NCBI GenBank assembly: GCA_036393055.1 | Contig: DASVWT010000308.1 | Coordinates: forward strand, 5,657 to 69,656 | Source: Steroidobacteraceae bacterium | Lineage (GTDB): Bacteria > Pseudomonadota > Gammaproteobacteria > Steroidobacterales > Steroidobacteraceae | DNA: 64,000 bases | Direction of reading: 5' to 3' | In this document: one piece after another, positions 34,850-42,993 of the stretch | Layout: every line of letters begins with the position of its first letter | Position numbering within the stretch: position 1 is the first letter of the stretch | Notes under the pieces: generated by a model | Databases searched by the model: none | Told to the model about the DNA's origin: nothing | The model's input: only the letters and a program-made list of their open reading frames with translations | Made by a program: the position numbers and the translations under genes

Positions 34850-36325
34850 TCAGGCTCCCGCCTCGGCGTAGGCCGAGAGCGGCGCCGCTTCCGCGGATTG
34901 ACGGATCAGGACGCGGTCGCGCAGGAAGCGCAGCAGTGCGCTGTCGCCCATGCGGGAGGCGCCGAGCCCCGAGTCCTTGAAGCTCGATTTCTCCGCCTCC
35001 CACACCAGCGCGGTGAGGCTGCCGTCATTGATGGAGACCGCGCCAACTTCGAGCCGTGCCCCGATGGCCTCCGCCTCCTCGGCGCTGCCCGCGAGCACCG
35101 CGGCAGACAGGCCGTAGCGGCTGTCGTTCGCGAGCCGTACGGCCTCCTCGGGCGCGTCGAACACGACGACCGGAATCACCGGCCCGAACGTTTCCTCGTT
35201 CATGACGAGCATGTCGCGGGTGAGCCCCGTCATCACGGTGGGCCGCAGATACAGTCCGCCCCCGAGCCGCTGGACGTCCCCCCCTGTGAGCACCCGGGCT
35301 CCTTTCGCGCGGGCATCGTCGATCTGCGCCTGCACGATTGCGGCCTGCTTCTCGAAGATGAATGGGCCGATGTCGCCCCGCCGGATATCGGGGTAATTCA
35401 ACTCCGCGCGCTCGGCCGCTTCCGTGAGCGCTGCCAGGAACGGAGTGGCTATTTGCCGCGCGACATAGACGCATTCGATGGACTGGCAGGCCTGGCCGGT
35501 GTTCACGATGCTCGCGCGCAGAGCGGTCGCGGCCGCCCGGACCGGATCGGCGCTCGCGAGCACGATCATAGGGTCCTTGCCGCCGAGCTCGAGGCTCGCC
35601 GGAATGAAGGCTCGAGCGGCGGCCATGGCGACCTTGCGGCCGGTTGCGACCGATCCGGTCAGGCACACATAATCGACACGCTCGATGAGCGCGGCTCCCG
35701 TCGCGCCATCGCCCTGCACGAAGTCGAGAACTTCCGCGATCTCCGCTACCACGCGAGTGGCCGCGAGGAGCGGCTCGACGAAGCGCGGCGTGATCTCCGA
35801 CGGCTTCACGAGGACCGCGCATCCCGCCGCAAGCGCCGGCACGGCGTCGATTAGCGACAGGACCAGGGGGAAATTCCAGGGACCGATGATTCCCACGAGA
35901 GGGTAAGGCACCGGCAGCGTGGAAGTCGTGATGGAGGGGAAGGCCGTCGGCCGCGACGACCGGGCTCGCTGCGCAAGCAATTCCGGCGCTCGGGCGGCCC
36001 ACCGGCGAATGAGCTGGATGACACTGGCCGTCTCGATCTGCGAGAGCCTGTGTCGGCCGGTATCCGCGGCGAGTGCGCTCGTGATCTGTGCCGCTCGCTC
36101 TTCGATGGCGGCCGCCCAGCGCAGCAGAGCCTGGGCGCGCTCCTGCCCCGGGCGGTGAGACCAGCGTGCCTGGCCCTCGCGCAGCTTCGCCGCGCCGGCG
36201 TCGATCGCCGCGCCGGAGGCCGGCTCGAGCGTGAAATCGATCCTGCCGGTGCGGGGATTGCGCACCCCGATCGTGCCGATGCCGCCGCCGGGGGCAGCGC
36301 TCATCGCCAGGTCGCTCGATTGCAT
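34850..36325 (-). CDS. aldehyde dehydrogenase (paralog of 42994-44412)
   Basis: 491 aa (ATG 36304 alternative). PWNFPL, LTGSVATGRKV, LELGGKDPMIV (Glu), NTGQACQSIE (Cys), EETFGPV. Confidence 0.85.
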   Translation of the reverse strand: MQSSDLAMSAAPGGGIGTIGVRNPRTGRIDFTLEPASGAAIDAGAAKLREGQARWSHRPGQERAQALLRWAAAIEERAAQITSALAADTGRHRLSQIETASVIQLIRRWAARAPELLAQRARSSRPTAFPSITTSTLPVPYPLVGIIGPWNFPLVLSLIDAVPALAAGCAVLVKPSEITPRFVEPLLAATRVVAEIAEVLDFVQGDGATGAALIERVDYVCLTGSVATGRKVAMAAARAFIPASLELGGKDPMIVLASADPVRAAATALRASIVNTGQACQSIECVYVARQIATPFLAALTEAAERAELNYPDIRRGDIGPFIFEKQAAIVQAQIDDARAKGARVLTGGDVQRLGGGLYLRPTVMTGLTRDMLVMNEETFGPVIPVVVFDAPEEAVRLANDSRYGLSAAVLAGSAEEAEAIGARLEVGAVSINDGSLTALVWEAEKSSFKDSGLGASRMGDSALLRFLRDRVLIRQSAEAAPLSAYAEAGA

Positions 36326-36394
36326 GGCTCACTCACCGCAAGACCGCCTTGGGCCGACGGCATGCCCCATCGGTCGCCGCCGGTCCTCTGAAAG

Positions 36395-36410
36395 TTGTTC
36401 GGACATTATG
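36395..36410 (-). promoter_or_regulatory. -10-like CATAAT fused to operator variant (ATGTCCGAACAA)
   Basis: The minus strand reads CATAATGTCCGAACAAC, the same layout as TATAATGTCCGGACAAC at 48994-49010. One mismatch to the palindrome. About 70 nt upstream of the ALDH start. Confidence 0.45.
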
Positions 36411-36534
36411 GGCCGGCGAGGATCGTCCGTCGCACAACTTCGGCTTGTCGCCCGGAACAACGGTTGTTGGACCGATGTCGATCGGTGCCGGGAACATTCC
36501 GGTACCGTCACAGTCCGCTACCCGGAGTACATCA

Positions 36535-37335
36535 ATGAGCCCTGCACCCGCGATGGCCGCTGCCAGAGAGCTTACGCACGAAGACTTCGAGCTGTTTGCC
36601 GAAGCGCGCTTCGGGCCGGCCGACGGCAAGCACCGCTACTGGTACGGACGGGGGCCGGTACGCGATGCCCAGACCGGGAAGACGATCTACGACTTCGAAT
36701 ACTACGACACGGTGCGTCATTACATCGACCCCGATAATCCGGACCGCCGCTTCGGGATCATCAGGAAGCTCGATCTGTTCCGTGACAAGGATACCGGCAA
36801 GGTGCTCGAGACCTTCGGCGGCAAGCCCGTCAAGTCATGGACCTTCCCGTATCAGTTGCTCGAGCTCGAGTACAAGGGCGGCAGGGTCGTGCTCACCGCG
36901 AGTCAGGGCAGCGGCGAGTTTCTTCGCACCCATGTCTTTACGGAAAGCAATATCTCCCGGTTCGGAGACTTCGCTCACGTTACCATTCCGGCGTTTTTCA
37001 TGACCCGCAGGCCGGAGATCCCCGATGAAGTGGCGGCGCACACGATGACGTCGTTTTTCCTCGTCTACGAGGGCGACCGCGAGGCAGTTCCGCGCTATCA
37101 ATGGGGGCAGGCCGGCGTCAGCCCACTGGCCCCCTGGGCGGGCGGCGATGGCAGGAAGATGAGCTACATGTTCATGACGGGCGCCCGCCACGAGGAATAT
37201 GCGGAGCTGCCGCAGGATCTTCGTAGCGTCATCGAATCGCAGTATCCGCAGTTCCGCGAGCCGCCGAAGGATCTGGAGGAAGTCAGGACGCTGCAGCGTT
37301 ACTCACGAACCGTCACGGACCATGGACCTGGCTGA
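36535..37335 (+). CDS. hypothetical protein (266 aa)
   Basis: ORF track 36349..37335, start trimmed to ATG 36535 (GGAG 8 nt upstream; MSPAPAMAAARELTHEDFELF). No motif I can assign. Confidence 0.6.
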   Translation: MSPAPAMAAARELTHEDFELFAEARFGPADGKHRYWYGRGPVRDAQTGKTIYDFEYYDTVRHYIDPDNPDRRFGIIRKLDLFRDKDTGKVLETFGGKPVKSWTFPYQLLELEYKGGRVVLTASQGSGEFLRTHVFTESNISRFGDFAHVTIPAFFMTRRPEIPDEVAAHTMTSFFLVYEGDREAVPRYQWGQAGVSPLAPWAGGDGRKMSYMFMTGARHEEYAELPQDLRSVIESQYPQFREPPKDLEEVRTLQRYSRTVTDHGPG

Positions 37336-37353
37336 AGGCCGCTGCGCTCGAAG

Positions 37354-38229
37354 ATGAGTATGGGGGATCCTGCGGGCACGGAGCCGAGGGTGACTCGCGG
37401 ATACGTGTCAATGCGTTACGGACAGATGCACTACGCCGTAGCGCGAAGCCCTGGAGTGAGCCCGCGCGAGACACCGCTCGTCATGTTCCATCAGACGCCG
37501 AATTCGCTGGTGGAGTTCGGCCCGCTGATCGGAGAGATGGGTAGGGATCGCCTCACCATCGCCATCGATACACCGGGATACGGTGGCTCGGACGCCCCGC
37601 CCGATCAACCGCGCATCGAAGACTACGCGGCTGCGATCTGCGAGGCCTTCGGTGCGCTCGGCCTGAATTCCGGGCAACGCATCGATTTACTCGGAAACCA
37701 TACGGGCGCGTTCATTGCGACGGCGCTCGCCGTGCTCGAGCCACTCAGGGTTCGAAGGGTCGCTCTGATCGGCGTTTTCGTAGTGCCCGACGAAGTCCTC
37801 GCGACCGTTCGGGCGGCTCTTCCTGACCCCACCTCATATACGCAGGTCATGGATCAGTGGTGCGCTAGGTACCCGATCGCGAAGGCTGCCTATGAGGCCG
37901 AAGGGGTGCCAGACAGCGCATGGGCTCTGCAAGCCGACAGTTTGCGTCCAATCGCAAGCAAGCGCGAGTACGGACATCAAGCCGCATTCGAGTATGCAGA
38001 GCGTGCTCGTACCGAGCTGCCGAAAGTGACGCAGCCCGTACTGCTGATGGCGGTAGCCGACAATCTGGAAGAGGCTACGCGCGCGAGCGCACCGTTGTTC
38101 AGGAACGCAGAGCTGCTCGAGATGCCGCACATTCGCACCGGCAAGGGCGTCTACGATGGCGTGTTCTACAATCACACCGAAGCCTTCGCGATCGCGCTGC
38201 GGAAATTCCTGAGCGAGGAACGCGATTGA
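37354..38229 (+). CDS. alpha/beta-hydrolase fold protein with atypical nucleophile elbow
   Basis: 291 aa. LVMFHQTPNS, IDTPGYGGSD, IDLLGNHTGAFIATALA. Paralogous to the first domain of the partial gene at 1-1083. Confidence 0.75.
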   Translation: MSMGDPAGTEPRVTRGYVSMRYGQMHYAVARSPGVSPRETPLVMFHQTPNSLVEFGPLIGEMGRDRLTIAIDTPGYGGSDAPPDQPRIEDYAAAICEAFGALGLNSGQRIDLLGNHTGAFIATALAVLEPLRVRRVALIGVFVVPDEVLATVRAALPDPTSYTQVMDQWCARYPIAKAAYEAEGVPDSAWALQADSLRPIASKREYGHQAAFEYAERARTELPKVTQPVLLMAVADNLEEATRASAPLFRNAELLEMPHIRTGKGVYDGVFYNHTEAFAIALRKFLSEERD

Positions 38230-38289
38230 TCTGAGCGGCGGCAGAGGCGGCGGCCCTGCTACCTCTCGAGAGGAGCATCCGGGCCGCGC

Positions 38290-39468
38290 TCAGGCCGCCG
38301 CAACGACGCCGCTGCGGATCAGCTCGTCGATCTCGGCCGCGCCGAGACCCAGTCCATCGAGGATCGCGCGGGTATCCGCCCCCGCCGCCGGCAGCCGCGC
38401 ATCCCGCCCCAGCCGCTCGCCGCCGAATTCGATCGGCAGCGCGGGAAGGCGGGTGCCGGTGCCGTCGGGTAAGGTCACGCTCTCCAGGCCGCCCGAGGCG
38501 GCGAGATGAGGATCGGCAAACATGTCCTCGGGCTTGCCGATCGGCGCGAAGGGAATGCCGCTATTTTCCAGCCGGGCGATGAGCTCCGCGCGCGTGAGCT
38601 CACGCAGTCGGCTCGTGATCTGCGGCAGGATGCGCTCCCGCTTGAGCACGCGGGCATTGTTCGCGCGCAGGGTCTCATCGGCCCAGAGGGCATCGAGCCC
38701 GAACAGACGGCAGAATTTCTCCCACAGGGAATCCGATACCACGCCGATGAAGATGGCGCTGTCGTCCCGGGTGGCGAAGACATCGTAGATGGCCCATGCC
38801 GAGAGGCGCGCCGGCATGGGCTGCGGCGCCTGGCCGGTGACCGCCTGCTGGGCCATGTGCTGGCCGATCAGGTAGACCGTGGTCTCGAAGAGCGAGCTCT
38901 GGACCTTCTGGCCGCGGCCGGTGCGATGGCGCTCCTCGAGCGCCGCCAGAATCGCGATCACTCCGAACATTCCGCCCGCTACATCCACGACACTCGACCC
39001 GGCTCGCAGCGGCCGCCCCGGCGGCCCCGTCATGTACGCTAGCCCCCCCATCATCTGGGCGACCTCATCGAGCGCGGTGCGGTGCTCGTAGGGTCCGGGC
39101 AGGAAGCCCTTCTCGCAGGCATAGATCAGACGCGGATGCGCTTCAGCCAGCGCCTCGTAGCCGAGCCCCAGCCGCTGCATCGCGCCCGGACGGAAGTTCT
39201 CGATGACAACATCGGCCTGCGCGATGAGCCGGCGCGCGATCTCGATGCCCCGCGGCCGCTTCAGCTCGAGGCAGATGCTCGCCTTGTGCCGGTTGTACAT
39301 GGGGAAGTAGCCGGCGCCCGAGCCGAGAAGATTACGTGTCCGGTCGCCGCCGATCGGCTCGACGCGGATGACCTGCGCGCCGAGCGCGGCCAGGATCGCT
39401 CCCGCCGCCGGCCCCATCACCATGTGTGTGAACTCGACCACCCGGATGTCAGCGAGCGGCAGCCTCAT
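38290..39468 (-). CDS. family III (CaiB/BaiF) CoA-transferase
   Basis: 392 aa. IRVVEFTHMVMGPAAGAILAALGAQVIRVEPIGGDRTR; C-terminal ..GADTRAILDGLGLGAAEIDELIRSG. ATGA overlap with the upstream gene. Confidence 0.9.
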   Translation of the reverse strand: MRLPLADIRVVEFTHMVMGPAAGAILAALGAQVIRVEPIGGDRTRNLLGSGAGYFPMYNRHKASICLELKRPRGIEIARRLIAQADVVIENFRPGAMQRLGLGYEALAEAHPRLIYACEKGFLPGPYEHRTALDEVAQMMGGLAYMTGPPGRPLRAGSSVVDVAGGMFGVIAILAALEERHRTGRGQKVQSSLFETTVYLIGQHMAQQAVTGQAPQPMPARLSAWAIYDVFATRDDSAIFIGVVSDSLWEKFCRLFGLDALWADETLRANNARVLKRERILPQITSRLRELTRAELIARLENSGIPFAPIGKPEDMFADPHLAASGGLESVTLPDGTGTRLPALPIEFGGERLGRDARLPAAGADTRAILDGLGLGAAEIDELIRSGVVAAA

Positions 39469-40394
39469 GCTCGAGCTCCAAATCCGAGCGGCAGCCCGGC
39501 AGCCGGCAGGAAGCCGTACAAGGGCTCATCGGGCAGCGCGGCGGCTACGATGCGCCGCACCTCGAGCAGCTTCTGCAGATCGATGCCCGTGGCGACACCC
39601 ATCGCTTCCAGCATGAACACCAGATCCTCGGTGACGATGTTGCCCGATGCGCCCGGCGCGAAGGGGCAGCCCCCGAGCCCGCCAAGCGAGCTGTCGAGCG
39701 TGGTGATGCCCTCCTCCAGGCCTGCCAGCGCGTTGGCGAGGCCGAGCCCGCGCGTGTTGTGCAGATGCAGACCCTGCAGCCGCTCGCTTCCCACGGCTGA
39801 CTTCACTCTTCGCACCAGGCGTTTCACCTGCGAGGGGTTTGCGTAACCCGTGGTATCGCTCAGGCCGACCTCCGCTGCCCCGGCCTCGATCGCCTGCTCC
39901 GCGAGGCGCACCACGAGGTCCTCCGACACCGGCCCCTCGAGAGTGCAGCCGAACGCGGTCGAGAGCCCTACCTCGAAATGAGGCCGGCCCGCCGCCGGCT
40001 CGGCAGCGACGCGCGCGGCAATCGCCCGGATCTCGGCCAGCATTCCGGCATGATCGCGCCGCACATTGCGCAGACTGTGGGTTTGTGAGACCGAGAGAGG
40101 GATGGAAATCTTGTGAGCGTGCGCGGCGAGCGCCCGCTCCGCTCCCTTGAAGTTGGGGACGAGCGCCGCGACCGTGAGGTCTGGAATCGTCCGCGCGAAT
40201 TCGACCAGCGCCGCGGTGTCCGCCATCTGCGGGAGAACACTCGCCGGCACGAAACTGCCAACCTCGATCTCGCGCACGCCCGCGGCCGCCTCTGCACGGA
40301 TCCACGCCTGTTTTGCCTCCAGCGGCATCACGCGGTGGATGCTCTGCAAGCCATCCCGCGGTCCCACTTCACTCACCAATACGGATTTGATCAT
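39465..40394 (-). CDS. hydroxymethylglutaryl-CoA lyase-like (DRE-TIM) lyase
   Basis: ORF track 39465..40418, start trimmed to ATG 40394 (ATGA overlap). EVGPRDGLQS, EIEVGSFV, GLHLHNTRGLGLANALAGLEEG, GGLGGCPFAPGASGN. Confidence 0.85.
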   Translation of the reverse strand: MIKSVLVSEVGPRDGLQSIHRVMPLEAKQAWIRAEAAAGVREIEVGSFVPASVLPQMADTAALVEFARTIPDLTVAALVPNFKGAERALAAHAHKISIPLSVSQTHSLRNVRRDHAGMLAEIRAIAARVAAEPAAGRPHFEVGLSTAFGCTLEGPVSEDLVVRLAEQAIEAGAAEVGLSDTTGYANPSQVKRLVRRVKSAVGSERLQGLHLHNTRGLGLANALAGLEEGITTLDSSLGGLGGCPFAPGASGNIVTEDLVFMLEAMGVATGIDLQKLLEVRRIVAAALPDEPLYGFLPAAGLPLGFGARA

Positions 40395-41023
40395 CGCCCG
40401 GCCCCAAGGTATATCCACGGCCGTGCCCGCCGGTCGCGCTCGAGGAACGCATCGATTCGCTGCTGCGACTGCAACGTCAGATCGATGGCATCCAGGCCTT
40501 CGACCAGCATCGCCTTGGGCTCACTCTCCAGCGGGAAAGGCCAGCGGCGCCCGTCCGGGAGCGAGACGCTCTGCGCGCGAACATCGACGGTCAGCGGATT
40601 GCCCTGCGGGTCGGCCGCGACGGCCTGCGCCATGTCGCGGACCGCCGCAGCCGCTACCGCTGCCGGCAGGACGCCATTGCGCACGCAGTTGCCGAAGAAG
40701 ATCGGAGCGAAGCTCGGCGCAATCACGACGCGGATGCCGTACTCGGCGAGCGCCCAGACCGCGTGCTCGCGGCTGGAGCCGCAGCCGAAATTGCCGCCCG
40801 CCAGGAGGATGCGCGCCTGCGCGTAGCGCGGCTGGTTGAGCACGAAAGAGGGCTCGGGCTCGCGGGCCGCCGGCGAGCGATAGCGCCAGCCCGCGAACAG
40901 ACCCGCGGCGAGCCCGGTCTTGCCCGTGCTGCGGATCTCCCGCGAGGGAATGATGGTGTCGGTGTCGATATTGTCCAGGAGCAGCGGAGCCGCCACCGCC
41001 GTCAGCCGTGTGAGCGGCGTCAT
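40391..41023 (-). CDS. aconitase-family dehydratase small subunit (LeuD-like)
   Basis: ORF track 40391..41221, start trimmed to ATG 41023 (ATGA overlap). LLDNIDTDTIIPSREI, LAGGNFGCGSSREHAVWAL. Confidence 0.8.
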   Translation of the reverse strand: MTPLTRLTAVAAPLLLDNIDTDTIIPSREIRSTGKTGLAAGLFAGWRYRSPAAREPEPSFVLNQPRYAQARILLAGGNFGCGSSREHAVWALAEYGIRVVIAPSFAPIFFGNCVRNGVLPAAVAAAAVRDMAQAVAADPQGNPLTVDVRAQSVSLPDGRRWPFPLESEPKAMLVEGLDAIDLTLQSQQRIDAFLERDRRARPWIYLGAGR

Positions 41024-42396
41024 GACAGGAGCTCCCTCGGATCGGCGATCGCGCCGGCGATGGCGCTCGCCGCGACCGTCTCCGGGCTCGCAATGTGGGT
41101 ACGGATCCCTGGCCCCTGGCGTCCCTCGAAGTTGCGGTTGGTGGAGGAAATGACGCGCGACCCGGGCCGGAAGCTCTCCCCGCCGGCGTAGAAGCACATC
41201 GAGCAGCCGCTCTCGCGCCACTCGAAGCCGGCAGCCTGAAACACGCGATCGAGACCTTCGGCCTCCGCGGCGCGTTTCACTGCGGATGATCCGGGAACGC
41301 AGATGGCGGCCACGCCCGGCGCAACGTGCCGCCCTGCGAGAAGCGCGGCCGCGCGGCGCAGATCGGACAGCCGGCTGTTGGTGCAGCTACCGATGAATGC
41401 CGCATCGATCGGGATGCCGCGCAGCGCCTGCCCGGCGCGCAAGCCCATGTAGGCGAGAGGCCGCTGCGCGGCGGCCGGCGGTACGACGCCGGTCACCCCG
41501 GTCGACTGCGCCGGTGACACTCCCCAGCTCACCATCGGCTCCACCGCGGCGGCATCCAGGGTGATCTCCTCATCGAAGCGGGCGCCGGGATCGCTGGCGA
41601 GTCGCCGCCACTGCGCTACGGCCGCGCTCCAGGAGGCACCCTGCGGCGCGTACCGGCGGCCCTGCAGGTACGCAAAGGCAACATCGTCCGGCGCGATCAG
41701 CGCGGTCATCGCCGAGAATTCGCTGGCAAGATTGCACAGTGTCATGCGCGCTTCCATGTCGAGCGCCGCGACCGCCTCGCCGGCGAACTCGAGCGCACAC
41801 CCCTTGGCACCGCCCGCCCCGTAGCGGGCGATCAGAGCAAGTGCCAGATCCTTCGCGGTCACGCCCGCTGCGAGGCGCCCGGAGAGAATGACGCGCAGCG
41901 AGCGCGGGCGGCGCACACGCAGCGTGCCCGTAGCCAGCGCATGCTCCGCCTCCGAGGAGCCGATGCCCCAGGCCAGAGCGCCGAAGGCGCCCTGAGTGCA
42001 GGTATGGCTGTCCGGTGCGACCAGAGTACAGCCCGGCAACACGATGCCGAGCTCCGGTGAGATCACGTGCATGATCCCCTGATCCGGGTCGGTCACATCG
42101 TACAGCGTCAATCCCGCCTCCAACGCGGCGCGGCGGGTCTCGGAGATGAACGCCTGGCCGCCAGGCATGAGCGTGCGATCGCCCCGCCCGGGCCTGGTAT
42201 CGACGATGTGATCCATCACGCAGAAGGCGCGGCGCGGATCGGCCACGCGCCGCCCCGAGGCCGCCAGGCTGCCGAGCGCGACGGCACCCATGCGCTCGTG
42301 CAGGAAGATGCGGTCGATCGCGAGCAACGCGGCGCCGTCCGACAGTTCGGCGATGAGGTGCCGTCGCCAGATCTTCTCGAGGAGCGACTCGGTCAG
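41020..42396 (-). CDS. aconitase-family dehydratase large subunit (LeuC-like)
   Basis: ORF track 41020..42657 extends far into the upstream gene. The conserved N-terminus (LTESLLEKIWRRH..IDRIFLHE) begins at CTG 42396-42394, which has GGAG 8 nt upstream and overlaps the upstream stop (CTGA). APDSHTCTQGAFG, GSCTNSRLSDL, ESGCSMC. Confidence 0.75.
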   Translation of the reverse strand: MTESLLEKIWRRHLIAELSDGAALLAIDRIFLHERMGAVALGSLAASGRRVADPRRAFCVMDHIVDTRPGRGDRTLMPGGQAFISETRRAALEAGLTLYDVTDPDQGIMHVISPELGIVLPGCTLVAPDSHTCTQGAFGALAWGIGSSEAEHALATGTLRVRRPRSLRVILSGRLAAGVTAKDLALALIARYGAGGAKGCALEFAGEAVAALDMEARMTLCNLASEFSAMTALIAPDDVAFAYLQGRRYAPQGASWSAAVAQWRRLASDPGARFDEEITLDAAAVEPMVSWGVSPAQSTGVTGVVPPAAAQRPLAYMGLRAGQALRGIPIDAAFIGSCTNSRLSDLRRAAALLAGRHVAPGVAAICVPGSSAVKRAAEAEGLDRVFQAAGFEWRESGCSMCFYAGGESFRPGSRVISSTNRNFEGRQGPGIRTHIASPETVAASAIAGAIADPRELLS

Positions 42397-42887
42397 GCCC
42401 GCTGCTCCATTTCTTTCTCGACGGCGCGCCAGTCGCGTGTCACCAGGCGCTCCTCGATCGCGGTGCGTGTCTCGAGGCGTCCCTTGCGGATCCAATGCCA
42501 GGTGCGGCAGCGCGTGGCGCCGTCGTCCGCGATCTGGATCATCTCGTAGAGGTACAGCCCCGGATCGCCCTGCCGCTCCCAGTAGAGCATGATGGTGCGG
42601 CGCGCGGCGTCGAGGCCGACCTCGGCCGCCCAGCCCTTGATGAGCTCGTTGTCCCACCAGATGCGGCCGTCGGCGTAGGTGGCGGGGAAGTCCCGGATCT
42701 CCACGCGGCCGTCATCCCACGTGTAGTAGTTGGTCTGGTGATAGGGGTGCCCCTGCTCGGGCATCCGGCAGAGCAGCCGCGAGCGATGGGCGTCGATCTG
42801 CTTTCCCGCCGCATCGTAGTAGGTGTACACGCCGTCCCAGACTCCCTCGTGGCGTGCCAGCAGGGGCATGCTGTCGCGAATTCCCAT
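42393..42887 (-). CDS. hypothetical protein (164 aa), first gene of LeuCD-like operon
   Basis: MGIRDSMPLLARHEGVWDGVYTYYDAAGKQIDAHRSRLLCRMP..YHQTNYYTWDDGR..; GGGAG RBS. Trp/Tyr-rich, possibly a beta-barrel-type small protein; family not identified. Confidence 0.65.
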   Translation of the reverse strand: MGIRDSMPLLARHEGVWDGVYTYYDAAGKQIDAHRSRLLCRMPEQGHPYHQTNYYTWDDGRVEIRDFPATYADGRIWWDNELIKGWAAEVGLDAARRTIMLYWERQGDPGLYLYEMIQIADDGATRCRTWHWIRKGRLETRTAIEERLVTRDWRAVEKEMEQRA

Positions 42888-42930
42888 GAATGTCTCACTC
42901 CCATGGACGGGCCGCCGATGGCCTTTGATT

Positions 42931-42949
42931 TGTTATACTGTCAGGACAA
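42931..42949 (+). promoter_or_regulatory. TG-extended -10 (TGtTATACT) fused to operator variant CTGTCAGGACAA
   Basis: TGTTATACTGTCAGGACAA. The operator (42938-42949) has one core mismatch. It lies 45 nt upstream of the ALDH ATG 42994, in the divergent region shared with the LeuCD-like operon. Confidence 0.45.
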
Positions 42950-42993
42950 TTGATCCAGCGCAAGTCTCTTGCCCCGCCGCGGAAGGCCATGCC

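Noticed and set aside
38262-38273. Perfect 12-bp palindrome CCTCTCGAGAGG between convergent genes, considered as a bidirectional terminator.
   Set aside because: It has no loop, so only about 4 bp could pair around a 4-nt loop, and there is no T/A tract. Too weak to call.
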